DNA of 64,000 nucleotides. Origin: Obrimoposthia wandeli (lineage: Eukaryota). The notes beneath the pieces are model-generated. The model did no database searches and had not been told where the DNA came from. It saw only the letters and a program-made list of their open reading frames with translations. The stretch spans positions 372,001 through 436,000 of the forward strand of contig CDROCS010001382.1 in the NCBI GenBank assembly GCA_977020255.1, given 5' to 3'. Position numbers and translations under genes: made by a program. This document shows, in pieces, positions 13,641-26,600 of the stretch (positions are counted from its first letter, which is position 1; every line of letters starts with the position of its first letter).

Positions 13641-13879
13641 AGAAAAAGCAATATTAAAGAAAAATATACTACTTTCAAGTAAAATCAGCATTTTCTATTA
13701 AAATGTATTGATTGGATTGAGAGTTTTGAATGAATCTCATTGGATTTATACTACTTTGAAAATAGTATTTAATGAAGCAGGATTTATTTAATAACTCCCC
13801 TTTATATAATAATATCGAAAATGGTAAGATTTTTTGATTTATTTTGATTATTTTTGATTATTTTTGATTATTTTTAGAA

Positions 13880-16800
13880 CTGCTACATGAACAAGGAATT
13901 ATGTTTTGAAGTTATGCACGTGGATTGCCGAAGAAGGATGGAGGAGTATTTTAAGAAAAAATTAAAATAAAAAAAAATTGAATATGCCCAATCTGCCAAT
14001 TAAGTGACAAAGTAGACGGGGTCAGTTTCTGTGATAGGCATCGGGACCATTTAGTGCACTTCCAGAAAATTGAGAAATTGACGATTTTCCGAAAATGCCC
14101 GCAAAGCAGTATGTCTTTCTATGGGCAATCTACTCGGGCTCCTATTACCGAATCGACATCAGCTGCTCCTGCTCCTGCTTCTCCATTAGCTGATGGTATG
14201 CCTGTGGAGGTATCTACTTCGTTAAGTACTAGCGTCGGTGGTTCCGGCCCACCTATGCCTAGTTTAGTGGCGGTGTCTACACCATTAGGTAGCACCGTCG
14301 GTGGTTTCGGCCCACCTGTGTCTAGTTTAGCGGCGGTGTCTACATCCGCCGGTGTTAGGAAGTGGAATATGCCGTTAGTTGGAGGAGCGTTAGGGAAGCA
14401 GGGAATGATCGGGAATGTAGTCAAGAAGTGGGGATTGAATGGAGTATATTGCTCGCTTTCATTGGATGTAGGAAATAAGGATTTGGTGAATATTATAGTT
14501 CCTCGGGATCTTCTGGATGCCTTAAGAGAAGTAGTAGATCAGCTGTAAAATTCAGTTTGGGGCTAAGGTACAGTTCTTGAATGGGACTGATACGAAGCAA
14601 TGGGTTGTCTCCAATAGAGCAATCCTTTTTTCTCCATCATTTCTTAAAGATGGATCTGCGTTACTGACTTCGAAACTAGAGCAGTATTCAGAGCGCGGTC
14701 GTAACTGATATTGTGGATAAGTTACTAGAGATTTACTTACAGTCACCAAGACTAGTGAAATTAATTACATGCAATGGTATTTGTAAATTCCTTTTCCGGA
14801 GGTATGGTTAATGCGGTAATTAATGTTTGAAATATAGGGAATAATTTATGTTTCATATTTAGTATTTTGGCTATTTGAAACGTAATTTATTCCCTAGAAA
14901 TAGACATAGACCGCAAGCGTATGAGCCTTACTTGTCTGAGCTAAATTATGATGAAAGTGATATGCCTATGAAATTAGGGAAAATTCCGCGCTTTGAGAGG
15001 GAAAACTCCGAACTTTCCATCAATGTGTTCACGTACAATCACATAGGAAATTTACCACTAGGAACGGACATTTATAAATATTCATAAACTGATGTGATTT
15101 ACCGAAGCAAGAATTCAGGAGGCCAGCCCATAAATCTCATTCTTTTGGAGGATAAGGATAGGTTTCACTATGTTGCAGTTCCTGATTTGAATAGGCTTTT
15201 AAATGTGCATCGAAGTTTTTCAGCTATTATTCAATGCAAGTAGTGCCATAAGTGTTTACATGGTTTTAGGCATACCGAATCATTTAATAAGCACGTCCCA
15301 CTGTGCACTGGAAATATTGAAAGTACTACGCTGTATACCATGCCTGAGGAGAAACATATAGAGTTTAATGATTTTTTCGAAAGTTATATTTCTCCTCCTC
15401 ATGTCATATATGCTGATTTTGAGGTGGTGCTTACCCCTCATAGGATTCACCATCAGCAGCATCTCCCAATAGCGGCAGGTATGCTGTTATCGGTAACAGG
15501 ACAATTACCCGCCGGACATTTACCCGCCGGACAATTACCCCCCGGACATTTACCCGCCGGACAATTACCCGCCGGACAATTACCCGACTAGGACAAATAC
15601 CCGCCGGACAAATACCCGCCGGACAATTACCCGACTAGGACAATTACCCGCCGGACAATTACCCCCCAAAAAATACAGGGCGAGTTTATGCACTTTTAAT
15701 ATAAACAATAAATTAAAATTTTTTACAAAGAGGGGTAATTTAATTGTATTTATTTATTTAGATTAATTAAATTAGTAAAAAGTTATTAATAAGTGGGTAT
15801 AAAAACCTAAAAATTAAAAAAGGAAAAAAGTTAAATAAGGATAAACTAAAAAGGGAGGTATTAACATGGTAAAAAGTTGTATTACTGGCGTCTAAATATA
15901 CATGAGTCATACTAGACCAATTCCATTATCATATGTTAGTATATGTCATTTAATTTTGTAACACTTTAAAGTTTTTACCATGTTAATACCTCCCTTTTAG
16001 TTTATCCTTATTTAACTTTTTTCCTTTTTTAATTTTTAGGTTTTTATACCCCCTTATTAATAACTTTTTACTAATTTAATTAATCTAAATAAATAAATAC
16101 AATTAAATTACCCCTCTTCGTAAAAAATTTTAATTTATTGTTTATATTAAAAGTGCATCAACTCGCCCTGTATTTTTTGGGGGTAATTGTCCGGCGGGTA
16201 ATTGTCCTAGTCGGGTAATTGTCCGGCGGGTATTTGTCCGGCGGGTATTTGTCCTAGTCGGGTAATTGTCCGGCGGGTAGTTGTCCGGCGGGTAAATGTC
16301 CCGGGGGGTAATTGTCCGGCGGGTAAATGTCCGGCGGGTAATTGTCCTAGAACCGCTGTTATCATCAATCAGGGCTGCTCCAATGCAAAATTACTCATTT
16401 TTCACCGGAGAAAATTGTGTAGTAGATTTTCATAGGAATATCGAAACAATTGCAAAGGAGACTGTTCTTCCGTGGTACAATCAGCATACACAAGCAATTA
16501 TGCAGCAGCGAACACCGGTGCAGGAAGCTAGTTACAATGCTGCAATTACTTGTTATCTCTGCAAGAAACGATGCATTAGAAAGGTTAGGGATCACGATCA
16601 TATAAACGATCATTCTCAGGTGCTACTCACTCTACGTGCAATTTATCCAGCCGGATAAGTCACGTTCTCCCAGTCGTTTTCCATAACCTTAGAGGATACA
16701 ACATGCACCATATTCTGAAGCATGCGTTGAGCAAATTCCCGCATTGGTTCATTGGTGTCATTACCCAAACTTACAGTCAAAATCATTGATTCGCTACAGT

Positions 16801-17080
16801 TCCTGAATGCCAGTCTCGACCAGCTAGTGGAGAATGTTGCTGCTGTTCCTATTACGAAAACAGTGTTCCCGGCTCATCTCATAGGAAGAAAAGGGATATT
16901 TCCCTAAGACATGGCAATATCAGAGACTGCTCTCAGAAACATTAACAGTCTACCGCCTAAATGGAAAGCAGAAATCACAGATGGCCAATATGAACTTACG
17001 AAGAAGGTGTGGCTCGAGATGAAGTGTACATCACTTTTGGACTATATGATCCATTACCTGAAGCTAGACGTCTACCTTAA
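13880..17080 (+). pseudogene. Protein-primed family B DNA polymerase (PolB) of P1, decayed, interrupted by a foldback element and 3'-truncated
   Basis: N-terminal CPIC...H..H zinc motif; LEQYSERG (terminal-protein region); vOTU-like NLCFIFS; VIYADFEV (exonuclease I); CYLC...KVRDHDH; VVFHNLRGYNMH; KGIFP; YMIHYLKLDVYL. Confidence 0.88.
15492..16354. mobile_element. Non-autonomous foldback/MITE, Mutator-like (9-bp TSD GCTGTTATC, about 390-bp inverted arms with 15-bp subterminal tandem repeats)
   Basis: TSD at 15483-15491 and 16355-16363; termini GGT...ACC; GGACAATTACCCGCC arrays mirrored at both ends. PolB reading (PIAAGMLLS|SIRAAP) is restored when the element is removed. Confidence 0.92.
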
Positions 17081-17269
17081 CAAAAAGTACCTTAAAATAG
17101 ATCTACTATAGTATATAATGACCTTAAAATGACCTTGATCTTAAAATATCATGTGTACTCGGGAAAATTTTGATCTTCAACTTGACCTACATCTGCCCTA
17201 AAAAAAGATTCGCGCAAATTTAAAAAAAAGGACTTTTCGCTAGTGGGAGGAACCTTTTACATTGAGTCG

Positions 17270-18780
17270 AAGTCATCACATCTCACTACTCAACTATTCA
17301 AAGAATGGCGATGGCGATATGTTCTCACTAAGGATAACCCAGCGGATCTGTTATCCAGGGGAATGAGTGTTGATGAATTGGTAAACTCAAGAAAGTGGTG
17401 GGAAAGGCCGGAATTTCTAACATCAGATGAAGCAGCATGGTCCCAGAAGCCAATAAAGAGGGTTCAATCACGAGAGGAGCTCAGCAAGAGAGATGTGTAT
17501 TTACAGCAAGGATTGTGGAAATAAAGTTAAAAGGAGCGACTGATTGTTTTAAAAGTAACACATTCTCAAGTTGAAGATGACTGATTCGAGTACGGACATG
17601 GGTAAACAGATTAGTGAACTAAGCCGGAAATATTGGATTGAACCTGGTGAGAGTAATCATTAAGAGCTGTCAGAACCAATGCCTAGAATGCAGAAGGAGA
17701 GCTGGACGTGGAACGATAGTGAAGATGGCGCCATTACCAAAACTAAGGTTTTTGAATCCTCTGCGAGCCTTCTATAAGGTGGGGTGGATTTTGCTGGGCC
17801 TTATTTTGCGAAACAGGGGAGAGGTTTGTACGGAATAAGAGGTATTTGTGTCTATTTAACTGCTTACAAACACGGGCCGTGCACTTGGAGATAGTGTAGG
17901 ATTTGGAGACAGATGGATTTGTACGAGCCTTTAAACGGTTTATGGGAAGACGGAGAAAGCCGAATTTAATCATCTCTGATAATGGAACCAATTTTAAAGG
18001 CGCAACAGATGCTGTACAAGAACTCAAGGTGGATGATTATCAAATGAGAGAAATGTTAGATAAAGAAGATATTCGTTAGGTATTTAACCCACCTGCTGCG
18101 CCTCATTTTGGTGGAGTGTTTGAGAGCTTAATAAAGAGTGCTAAGAAGGCGATAGGCATTGTACTGTTGGGTGCGGATTTAAGTGATGAAGAGTTGATGA
18201 CGGTGTTCGTGGAAGTGGAGGAATTGTTAAATTCACAACCGATAACATTCCAATCAGCAGACAGTAAGGAAGACAAACCGTTACGGGAAGGACAGCTGGA
18301 GTAGATATTTGACTGTAAAAATGAGCAAGAAGCATGACTCCTAGAAAGGATCAAAGAGTTAAGAAGAGACAGTGATTAGAAGCAAGGAGCTGTGTGGTAG
18401 TCATAGAAGGCAAGGAATATGTGCGACCAGTAGTAAGATTCTGTCTGCTAGAGGCAGAGGGTGAAGCATAAGAGAGAGAGGGACTTTCTGATGTGTGGGT
18501 CGGTTGTGTTCTGGATCAGTTCCTCAGTCACACGCTGTCTCCAGAGGGGCTTAACGTGGCGTATTAGGTCATCCCCCGAATATAGTTGAAAAATAAACAA
18601 TAAGTTGATAAAACTAGGAGACCGGGTTTAATCAAGGGGAGGAGAATGTTCTGACGTGAGGAGATTGTTTTCTTTATTAAATTACTAATATTACATTTAA
18701 TTTGTAATTTTTGTTTTAATAATTCTACGTGTTAATGACGTAAAAAGTAAATAAGCAAAATATTAATGATTATCGACTTT
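17270..18780 (+). mobile_element. Second Bel/Pao fragment (RNase H end, integrase, deleted tail, PPT and start of 3' LTR)
   Basis: WRYVLTKDNPADLLSRG; VGVDFAGP...YLCLFNCLQTRAVHLE; ISDNGTNFKGA; PAAPHFGGVFESLIKSAK. PPT aaggggaggagaa at 18634-18646 is followed by TGTT. Confidence 0.9.
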
Positions 18781-18789
18781 TTTGTAAAT

Positions 18790-19060
18790 GTTATGCATAT
18801 GGCTAATAAAATAGCTTCTACAGATGAAATTTGGGGGAAATTAGCCCAACGACTTGGGATGAAATTAGCAATGAAAGTCAACAATTAAGACAAGATTGTG
18901 AATGCTATGCATCAAGGGGCCTTAGTGGATGATGAATACATACCTTCGCTGTTGGTTAAGGAGATTGAAGCCATTGTAGGAAAATATGAAGTAGTCGTTC
19001 TTGATTGATTTCCAAGAACAGTTAATCAATTAGAATATTTTTTTAAAATGTATATCCATT
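18790..19060 (+). pseudogene. Adenylate-kinase-like pseudogene fragment
   Basis: KLAQRLG...NAMHQGALVDDEYIPSLL...VVLD*FPRTVNQLE resembles the AK motifs GxLVPDE and LDGFPRT..Q. Confidence 0.65.
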
Positions 19061-19249
19061 ATGCAGTATTTTATTATTTATATGGATGAATTGCCTCTCT
19101 CAATTCCCGGTAAAATATTTTGTAGTTGTGATATATCCGGTTTATTTGTTGTATGGATCGAGAAAATGCCTTGGTATAAAGGATGGACTGTTAAAAGTGA
19201 TTTATGTGAGTTAGTTGAAAATAAATAAAAAAAACATTTTTATTCTTTT

Positions 19250-21050
19250 TTATTTTCCGAAAACACAAAGTATCCTTCAAGTCTAAATAATTACTATTGA
19301 AACCATTAATATTAAATTCTAACTCGGTTAAGGTGGTTCCTGAAACAGAGTTAACTAGAAATATTTCTTCAAAGGAAGAATTATCTACAACAGAAGAGGT
19401 TAATCAAAAATACAGTTCAGTTTTGGCGCAACTCGTTTTTTAAATATTGTTCCTTCAACTTTCTTACGTTTGTTTATATTAATTTTTGCTTCTTTTTACT
19501 TTTAAATCCGCTACCTTCTTGGCTTTTATTTGATTTACCTTTTCTAATAGGTAGTCCCCCTACAAGCATCGGTTCGAGTATATGCAAATAACTGATTAAT
19601 AGCATTTAAAAGTTTTGCTTGATTTTTAAGTTTTATGGATTTTACTGTATGTGTTTCAAAGGTATTTCCTGTTAAACCAAGGTTTTTAGCGAGTTTATCA
19701 TCAAAGGAAACCCATTTTATATAGCGCTTTACTATTAACGTCAGCCATTATTTAATGTTCCACATTTACCCAAATATTCACTGAATTCCTTCATTATAAA
19801 TTTACATAAATCAACTTGCCTATCTTTTTTTATAATCTTTGGACAAAAATTTCAGTTCCAATACAAATTTAGTAATAGTTTCAGCTTGGAAACGTTTTGC
19901 TTTTCTACCATGAACATTTTTAATCTATTTAGATGAGAAAGTTTATCTTTCTTATTACCTACTGAATGTTCGCTATCAAAACCGATTTAAACAGCTTCTT
20001 TTTTAGATTCAAATTTGAACTGAATAACTTCTAATAAATTTTTAAATAATAACATATTTATTTTAATATAAAACTTTCACATTTTTATATATACATTTAA
20101 AATAGAATTTTCCTTTACTAACAAACCCAATCGCAATATTATTATCTTCGTCATACCTCATTTGTTTTGAAAACGAAATATGTGAGTTTTTTCTGATAGT
20201 AATTGGAGAATAATAAAAAAACTCTTTTAAAGCTGCTTCTATTCTCCTTGAAGATTTATAGTATTTTCACAATCGATAATAACGCTACTAGCATCATTAT
20301 CCGGCTGAGTCTTCAGGCATCCATTACTAGGTAAATCCATATACAAAGATTTCATATTATATAAATTACTGATGTCCAAGTAGGATCTGAATAACCATGC
20401 CATTTAACAAAGTATTGCTTTTGTTTACCAGTAACCTTAGATTTTAATTTTTTTTGAATACGGAAAACGTCAGGTTTTTTGATATTACTTGTAGTTCTTG
20501 TTCGTAAAATTTACCCTGGATGATATTATTGTCAGCATCTTTAATAGTATACATTATCGAATTACTCTTTTGATCAATTTTAGTTATACAAAGTATTTCA
20601 TTGCTACAATTCAGATCAAAATTTTTTAAAAAAGGAGTAGAGCTGATTTTAGAAATTCTAACTTATTCATTTTTCTTATATTTCGCCTTTCTAATATTTT
20701 TTTTACTGTTTACCAAATATCCAGAGAATTTGTTCACTAACATCTACCGGTTCCCTTGAGACTTCTATGTTTCGAGTGGTTTTATGTGTGTATTATTTTT
20801 GGTAAAACTTGGATTCACTTCTTATTTCCTTCATTTGTGAAATAATTTTTTTTCAATCTCTTTCTACTTATGCTGCTTTGAACTACGAAAATACCAAGTA
20901 GTGATTTATATATTTTTGGTTAAATAATGATTGAACTTGTTGATTATAAAATTATTTCCCTAAATCAGTTTGCACATTTTACGGAATATCCTCTTTTAAT
21001 ATAAAATAAGATAAGATAAGAAGGATAGCATTTGAAGACTTTGCTTTAAT
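19250..21050 (-). mobile_element. Polinton fragment P3 (integrase C-terminus, minor capsid, core-protein C-terminus, MCP N-terminus), decayed
   Basis: VRISKISSTPF...IQGKFYEQELQVI...QYFVKWHGY (INT/chromodomain); MKSLYMDLPSNGCLKTQPDNDAS (mCP, ATG at 20355); SQEGSG...; CAKTEL...LEFNING..NYLDLKDT (MCP N-terminus). Confidence 0.85.
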
Positions 21051-23679
21051 TGAACTGCACATGCAAATCTACTAAATACATGTTAAAATATGAATGAAAG
21101 AATATTAAATCATCTTCATCAAATTCATCAAATTCATCTACCATAAATTATTAGGCCTTCTGGTTTTGTACGCTCTAGTTCGACACCTCCCCTTCGGCTT
21201 GTACAGAATGTAAGCTAACTGATTGCTCAGTCAATTATGCGTTTGTTGAGTTAAATTAATAATCAATTAAAATAAGATTTTTGTCAATTTAAATTAACAT
21301 TTAATTAAAATTACCGAAATGCTAACAACTGAGGTCATTTTATCAGCCTCCGACGGGTAAAAATCCCGTTTCACATTGCCAGGCTCGTCAGGAAGGCAGC
21401 AGAAAAAATAAGTATTTTGATAGACAGAGTGCTGATAATGAAGTGTTCTAATCCCACTAGAATTTTCCACCCAGCTCTCCGGACCTCTCAGCAGAATTGG
21501 TTGTCCTCCACCATCCTTCCCCATCATCTTTCTCCGTACTCCTAATCGGCCATGAATGTGTGAGCAGACGGTGAAATTTTCCGCCTGCACATGTGTGTGT
21601 GTGCGCAGAGTCGGGAAATACCAGTTTTCTCGCCGGTCCAAATCCCCATCATCTGCACAGCAAGACAATTTCCCCATCGTCACTTATCTATCTTCCTGAT
21701 GTTGTGGGATCTGGAGATCGCAAGCTGAAGCCGGACAGAGGTGAATTGTCGGCAGAATACAGCAGCAGTAGAAGCAGTTGCCTGATCACCATTTTATGTG
21801 TTTGTGTGTGGATGTACTTCTGTGCAATCTGTCCATCTTTGTCGGATGATATAAAAGATGAAACCCAGTGTCTACAAGCACTAAAAATAATTATTTTTAC
21901 TTTGATGTCAGAAACAACGTATTTGCACAAATATATCAATCATTTTCAGTTTTGTTTGCAAAGGACACTTAACTTTTCAATCTTAGAATCACTTGCACGT
22001 TTTATTGTAATTATTTTTACCAATTTTGTAACTCCTGTGTAATCAATTGTAACTTTTGGATTGAACCATACCTTCTCATAACAACAACTTGAATATATAG
22101 AAATTTTAAATTTAGGTAAAGAAAGGTTAGCACCCATATATTTAGGTGATTTGTAAAATACTTGTTTATATCCGTGTCGCGCCTATAATACTAATAATAA
22201 TTGAAGCAACTGGTATAACAGCCCTATGAAATCTCCATTATGTTTATTAATATTTCGTTTCCTATTTTACTTTTTACATGCGCAATAAATAGAAGTTTAT
22301 TTTATATTTCTTCGATACATTTATTTTACTCTACCAAAACTTCCAATATATCTACAACAAAAGAAATGATTTAAGAATACTCTTTTGAGTAAACTTTATA
22401 CAAAGCTGAAAAATAGAGTGCTTCTTTGTACTTTCATCATTAAAATTTTTCAAGTCATTTCAGTTTATTTTATTCACTTTTTTCTTGCTGTTTCTTTTGA
22501 TCAATTAGGCTTTGCTTTAACTTTGATATATTTATCGATTTTACAAAAGCTTACCCAGATTATTTATAAGGCAGTAACTGTTTATAAACAAATAGAACAA
22601 TTATAAAAATAAATATTCAATGTATTTTAAGATGTTGACAATAAAGCGTAAACGCTAAGTAAAACAAAGCCTAAGATCGAGAAAAAGAAACCGCAAGAAA
22701 AAAGAAGTTAATAAATTAATCAAGTCTGTAGTTCGAAGTAAAAGAAAACTGAAATGGCTTTGAAAATAAACAAATATACGCGGGATGGGCTTTCCAATTC
22801 CATGATCTATACAATAAAAGTCAAGACAATTGAACTGCATAACATAATACTTTAATTCCAACAATCTTGAAACCCAACTTACATGCAAACATGATTTTAT
22901 CATGTGATATGAAAGAAGTAGTAATAACAACCGAATCAACCAAAAAACTATAAACAAGTTTGTCAACAAACAATTAGGTACACTAAAATATTTATCTGCG
23001 TATTTGGACAATAGAAAAGATGCAGGATAGTAATAATCATAATAGCAATATAATAATCTAACTTAGCGGTAGATAGATTATTTCTTCTGGCATCGATTTC
23101 TGTTCAAATTTGTGAGTGGTGTGAAATCATACAACATACAAAATCTCTCAACAAAACAAAGTAGTAAAAAACCAACAGTCAACAAAAACGATAATTGAAA
23201 TATGTAATAATAGTAGCAGTATATGTTAATTCTGATGAATCGTAGAAAATGAGAGAATTGTAATGTGAAGAAATCCTCCATACTTCAATGCATTTAGACC
23301 AATATATACCCAAACAGAATTCCATATTGTCGGTGTATATATATAAAGAAACATACGTGTTAGATTAGGTTTAGTACAGGATGAGACTATGTACACATAA
23401 TATACAGAGAATTCAATAAAACACAGTGGCGTTAGTTATCAAGTTTAATAGCAGAAATCATCATCGTTATAAGACACATAATCTCCATAATAGCACAGCT
23501 AGGCTTTTATCAGCATCGGAATATATTAGTAGAAAAGATTCCACGTTTACTAGCAAACTGGATCTTTTGAAGCAGGAAACCTGGGAGAGGAAGATGTGTA
23601 CATAGGAAGTTGCGAGTCTATGTACAGGAGCTGCTCTAGAGAGATAAGGACAACATCTGTGTGGCTGTACACCGTTCAC

Positions 23680-26600
23680 TCAGCCTTCTGACAACCGTTC
23701 TGCTTCAGAGTAGTTGATTCTGGATGTGAGAAAAAAAAGTTAAATTACAAACTAAAGTTTCAAAGTGTAATATGTAGTAACAAAAATAACATTTATTTCG
23801 TATATTAATTTCATCAATTTAACTAATTATCTGCTGTCCGTATCATTTTTACACTGGGTTACGAAAGCAAATCAAAAGAATATATTAGCAGATATTATCT
23901 CAGTATTTTACATATCAGGTATTAATAACGTTGTCACTGACCTGTTTTTAAGGACGCGTCCACGATTGGAGAGTCTTGGCTGGTTGTTGGCTTGAACGGG
24001 TTCCTGAGTGACTGTTGAGTCATCAAGTGAATGTTGACCAGGGGCGGTCACGACAGTAGCAACTGGAGAAAAGGATGAGTTGTGATATTGCTGCTGTTGG
24101 GAATGGCGTCTCTTCTTATGGTGAGGAGTCTGGCGTACATCCTTGTTTTTGCGAGGTCGTCCTCGTGGTCTACCAGCGGCAGTGGTGGAGTTGAGGGATA
24201 GTTGGGAGTGACTGAGGTGGTGGTGATGATTGGTCGGTGTGTTGGTAGAACCTGCTGAGTGAGTGGAAGTGGCATCGAAGACAGCTGCTGCAGAGGGGTC
24301 TAAGCTGACCTTGTAATTGTGCAAGGGAGCCCATACTTCGTCAGACCCAGGGAAGACACGAGAGACCATTTCGAGCATAATCTTTTTGTCAGGCTGTGTG
24401 AGCTTGTTGCTGAACTCTGCTGCCAGTTCGAGAATGAGGATGTTAGCTGGTGGAGAAGGCGATGGAAGTCGGGCCAGAACGCTGTCAATGGCCATCTTGT
24501 GCAGTTGCGTCATCGCCTCACGGATCTTAACAAGGTCGAGACCGAAGCTGAGATTGAGTCGTCGAGCCAGCTCCTTCAGAGCCTGGAATCCATCACTGGT
24601 TCTCTCTAATCCAGCGTCTTCAGACAACAACTCATCAAGACCAGCCGAAAGACAGTCCATCACCATTTGACCAGTATAGACACGGTTGATTTCGCGTGCC
24701 TTGGCCAGACCTTGCTTCATGATATCGCCGAAATCATTGAAGAACCTAATGTAGAAGCGGTAAACACAGCTAACTGATCGAATAGAGATGACATTATAAA
24801 CCATAAGTTTAAGGAACATGGCGAGATTTGTACGTCGGTTATGTAGCTCTTCTATCTTCACGTTTTCGTCTTCTTCCATTTCATCTTCAACGAAGACACG
24901 TTGTTCTAGAAAAAGAATTAGGGCATTTGTGAGGTCGGGGTCTGGCACATACACGAATGGTGCATGATCAATATTGTCATCTTTGAGTGTACGAGAGCAG
25001 ATGACCAGCAAGTCACATATGCTCTTATAGCTTTCCTCGGCTATCTTATGCGACTTGTGTTCCAGATAGCCGTGAGAAGTGGCTACAAAGTCTGCCAGAT
25101 TGTTGTTAATGGTTGTCAATTCCGAGTTGCTCAGCGACTGCGGCTCGTCCGTGTTCAACTGCCACAGCAATCCGAAATAACATGTCGAAATGGAGTTCGC
25201 CACGATTTCTTCATGGAAAACAGCCTGTGAAAAGGTTAATAATAAATGCAGCAGTGATTTTTATTTAAATCTAATAATATTATACTAAGCTACGATATTA
25301 GCATAAACTTTACCCATAATACATCATAAAACTACACATTCTTTGTAAAAGATAACGATTTTTTAATATATACCATGTAACGAAAATTTATAGCAATTTA
25401 AATAAGAAACATACTTAATAAAAAGATTGCACAATACATTATTTATTTGAATCGTCAAGTTTACCTGATTCTGAGCACTCTTACTGATCATGATGAGCGA
25501 CTGCCACAGATTAAGGGAGCGCAAGTCATGGCAGGTATAGAAAGCCTGTAGCTTGCGAATGGCCGAGTTGAGTCTATAGGCGTCCTGTTGGCTGGGTTCT
25601 TGGCTAGTGTTGTCGTCCTCGTTATTGTTATCACCACTGTGTAGCTGGTCGGGTTGCAGTGTGTGGTAGTACTGGTTGTAGTTTTGTCGGTAGCTCATTA
25701 CCAGCTGATCCAACAGCGAGCCCAGTGCGATCTGGCATTTGGTACTGATCGACAGCTGGTCATCGCACAGACAGCTAAACACCTTGGAGATGTGCAAGAG
25801 TAGCTCGGAATTTGTGTGTCTGTCCACGAGGTCCTGAGAGGTGATGTAACGTGACGTTAGTGTCGATATACTTAAATTTAAAGTTATAAAATAATTTTTG
25901 TGACATAAAATCGTTTATAATATGAAATAATCACATTATATAATCATAATCAGTGAATAACAAATTCAAAAAATAAAGATCACAAAATTTTTGATTATTT
26001 TAGCCATAATATTAATAACAATTTAAATTAATGAAAAATAAAACATATTTAATATACAAAATATAAACCGTCATGAACTGGTCTGTTGATAACTTTTAAC
26101 AGAAACTGTTTATTTCCTTGATGAAAACATGTTTTGAACATACAGTGAAAAATCTCCTGAGGCCCATTTTGGCAATCTCGAAGCTGTTCCATTAACTCAA
26201 ATAAATAATAATCCAACGATGCTAGGTTCAAACTATATAATACCAGTTATATTAACTGGATTGTAACTTTTTTTTGTATTTATTGAATTATTTTCAGATA
26301 TGCGGACGAGCATTATGATGTTTTACTCGCTTTTATTCAATAAATCGGGGTAACGTTTAGCTAACACTTCAAAGACTTGCCATTTGTGTATGATAATATA
26401 CTGTTTCATTTTTAGGTGACAAATCAAAATGAATAATAATTTCTGAAAACGGTTAACATGATTTTTTTTCCCCTCAAACTATCCTGACTTACACATGAAT
26501 AATTAGAAAAAACAAATTTATTCGATAGTTCACGACTACTTTGGGTTGAATGAGACTGTAATATTTTGTAAATCCGTATCGCCACTATTAAATTGTTATA

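Larger units (their letters stand above)
7540..17080 (+). mobile_element. Polinton/Maverick P1, decayed and internally deleted (IAP, TBP-like, DSP, ATPase, core protein, MCP, protease, exonuclease-like, PolB)
   Basis: Co-oriented remnants of the packaging ATPase, major capsid protein, adenain-like protease and protein-primed PolB. No TIR pair was identified. Confidence 0.9.

Noticed and set aside
15492-15670. Regularly spaced 15-bp repeats that look like a CRISPR array
   Set aside because: There are no unique spacers, the array is mirrored at the other end of a TSD-flanked element, and the context is eukaryotic. These are transposon subterminal repeats.
17080-17242. Possible Polinton right TIR or Helitron 3' end (ATGACCTT motifs, ends ...CTAGT)
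   Set aside because: There is no matching left TIR near 7.5 kb and no convincing GC-rich hairpin before CTAG, so the identity cannot be supported.
22385-23679. Hydrophobic short ORFs as membrane-protein genes
   Set aside because: AT-rich DNA produces Phe/Leu/Ile-rich frames by chance. No motifs or consistent splice structure were found; part of it is probably STAG 3' UTR.
26049-26231. 60-aa minus-strand ORF as an extra STAG exon
   Set aside because: The flanking exons join in frame (HLQ|DLVDRH) and follow the expected SA sequence without it.
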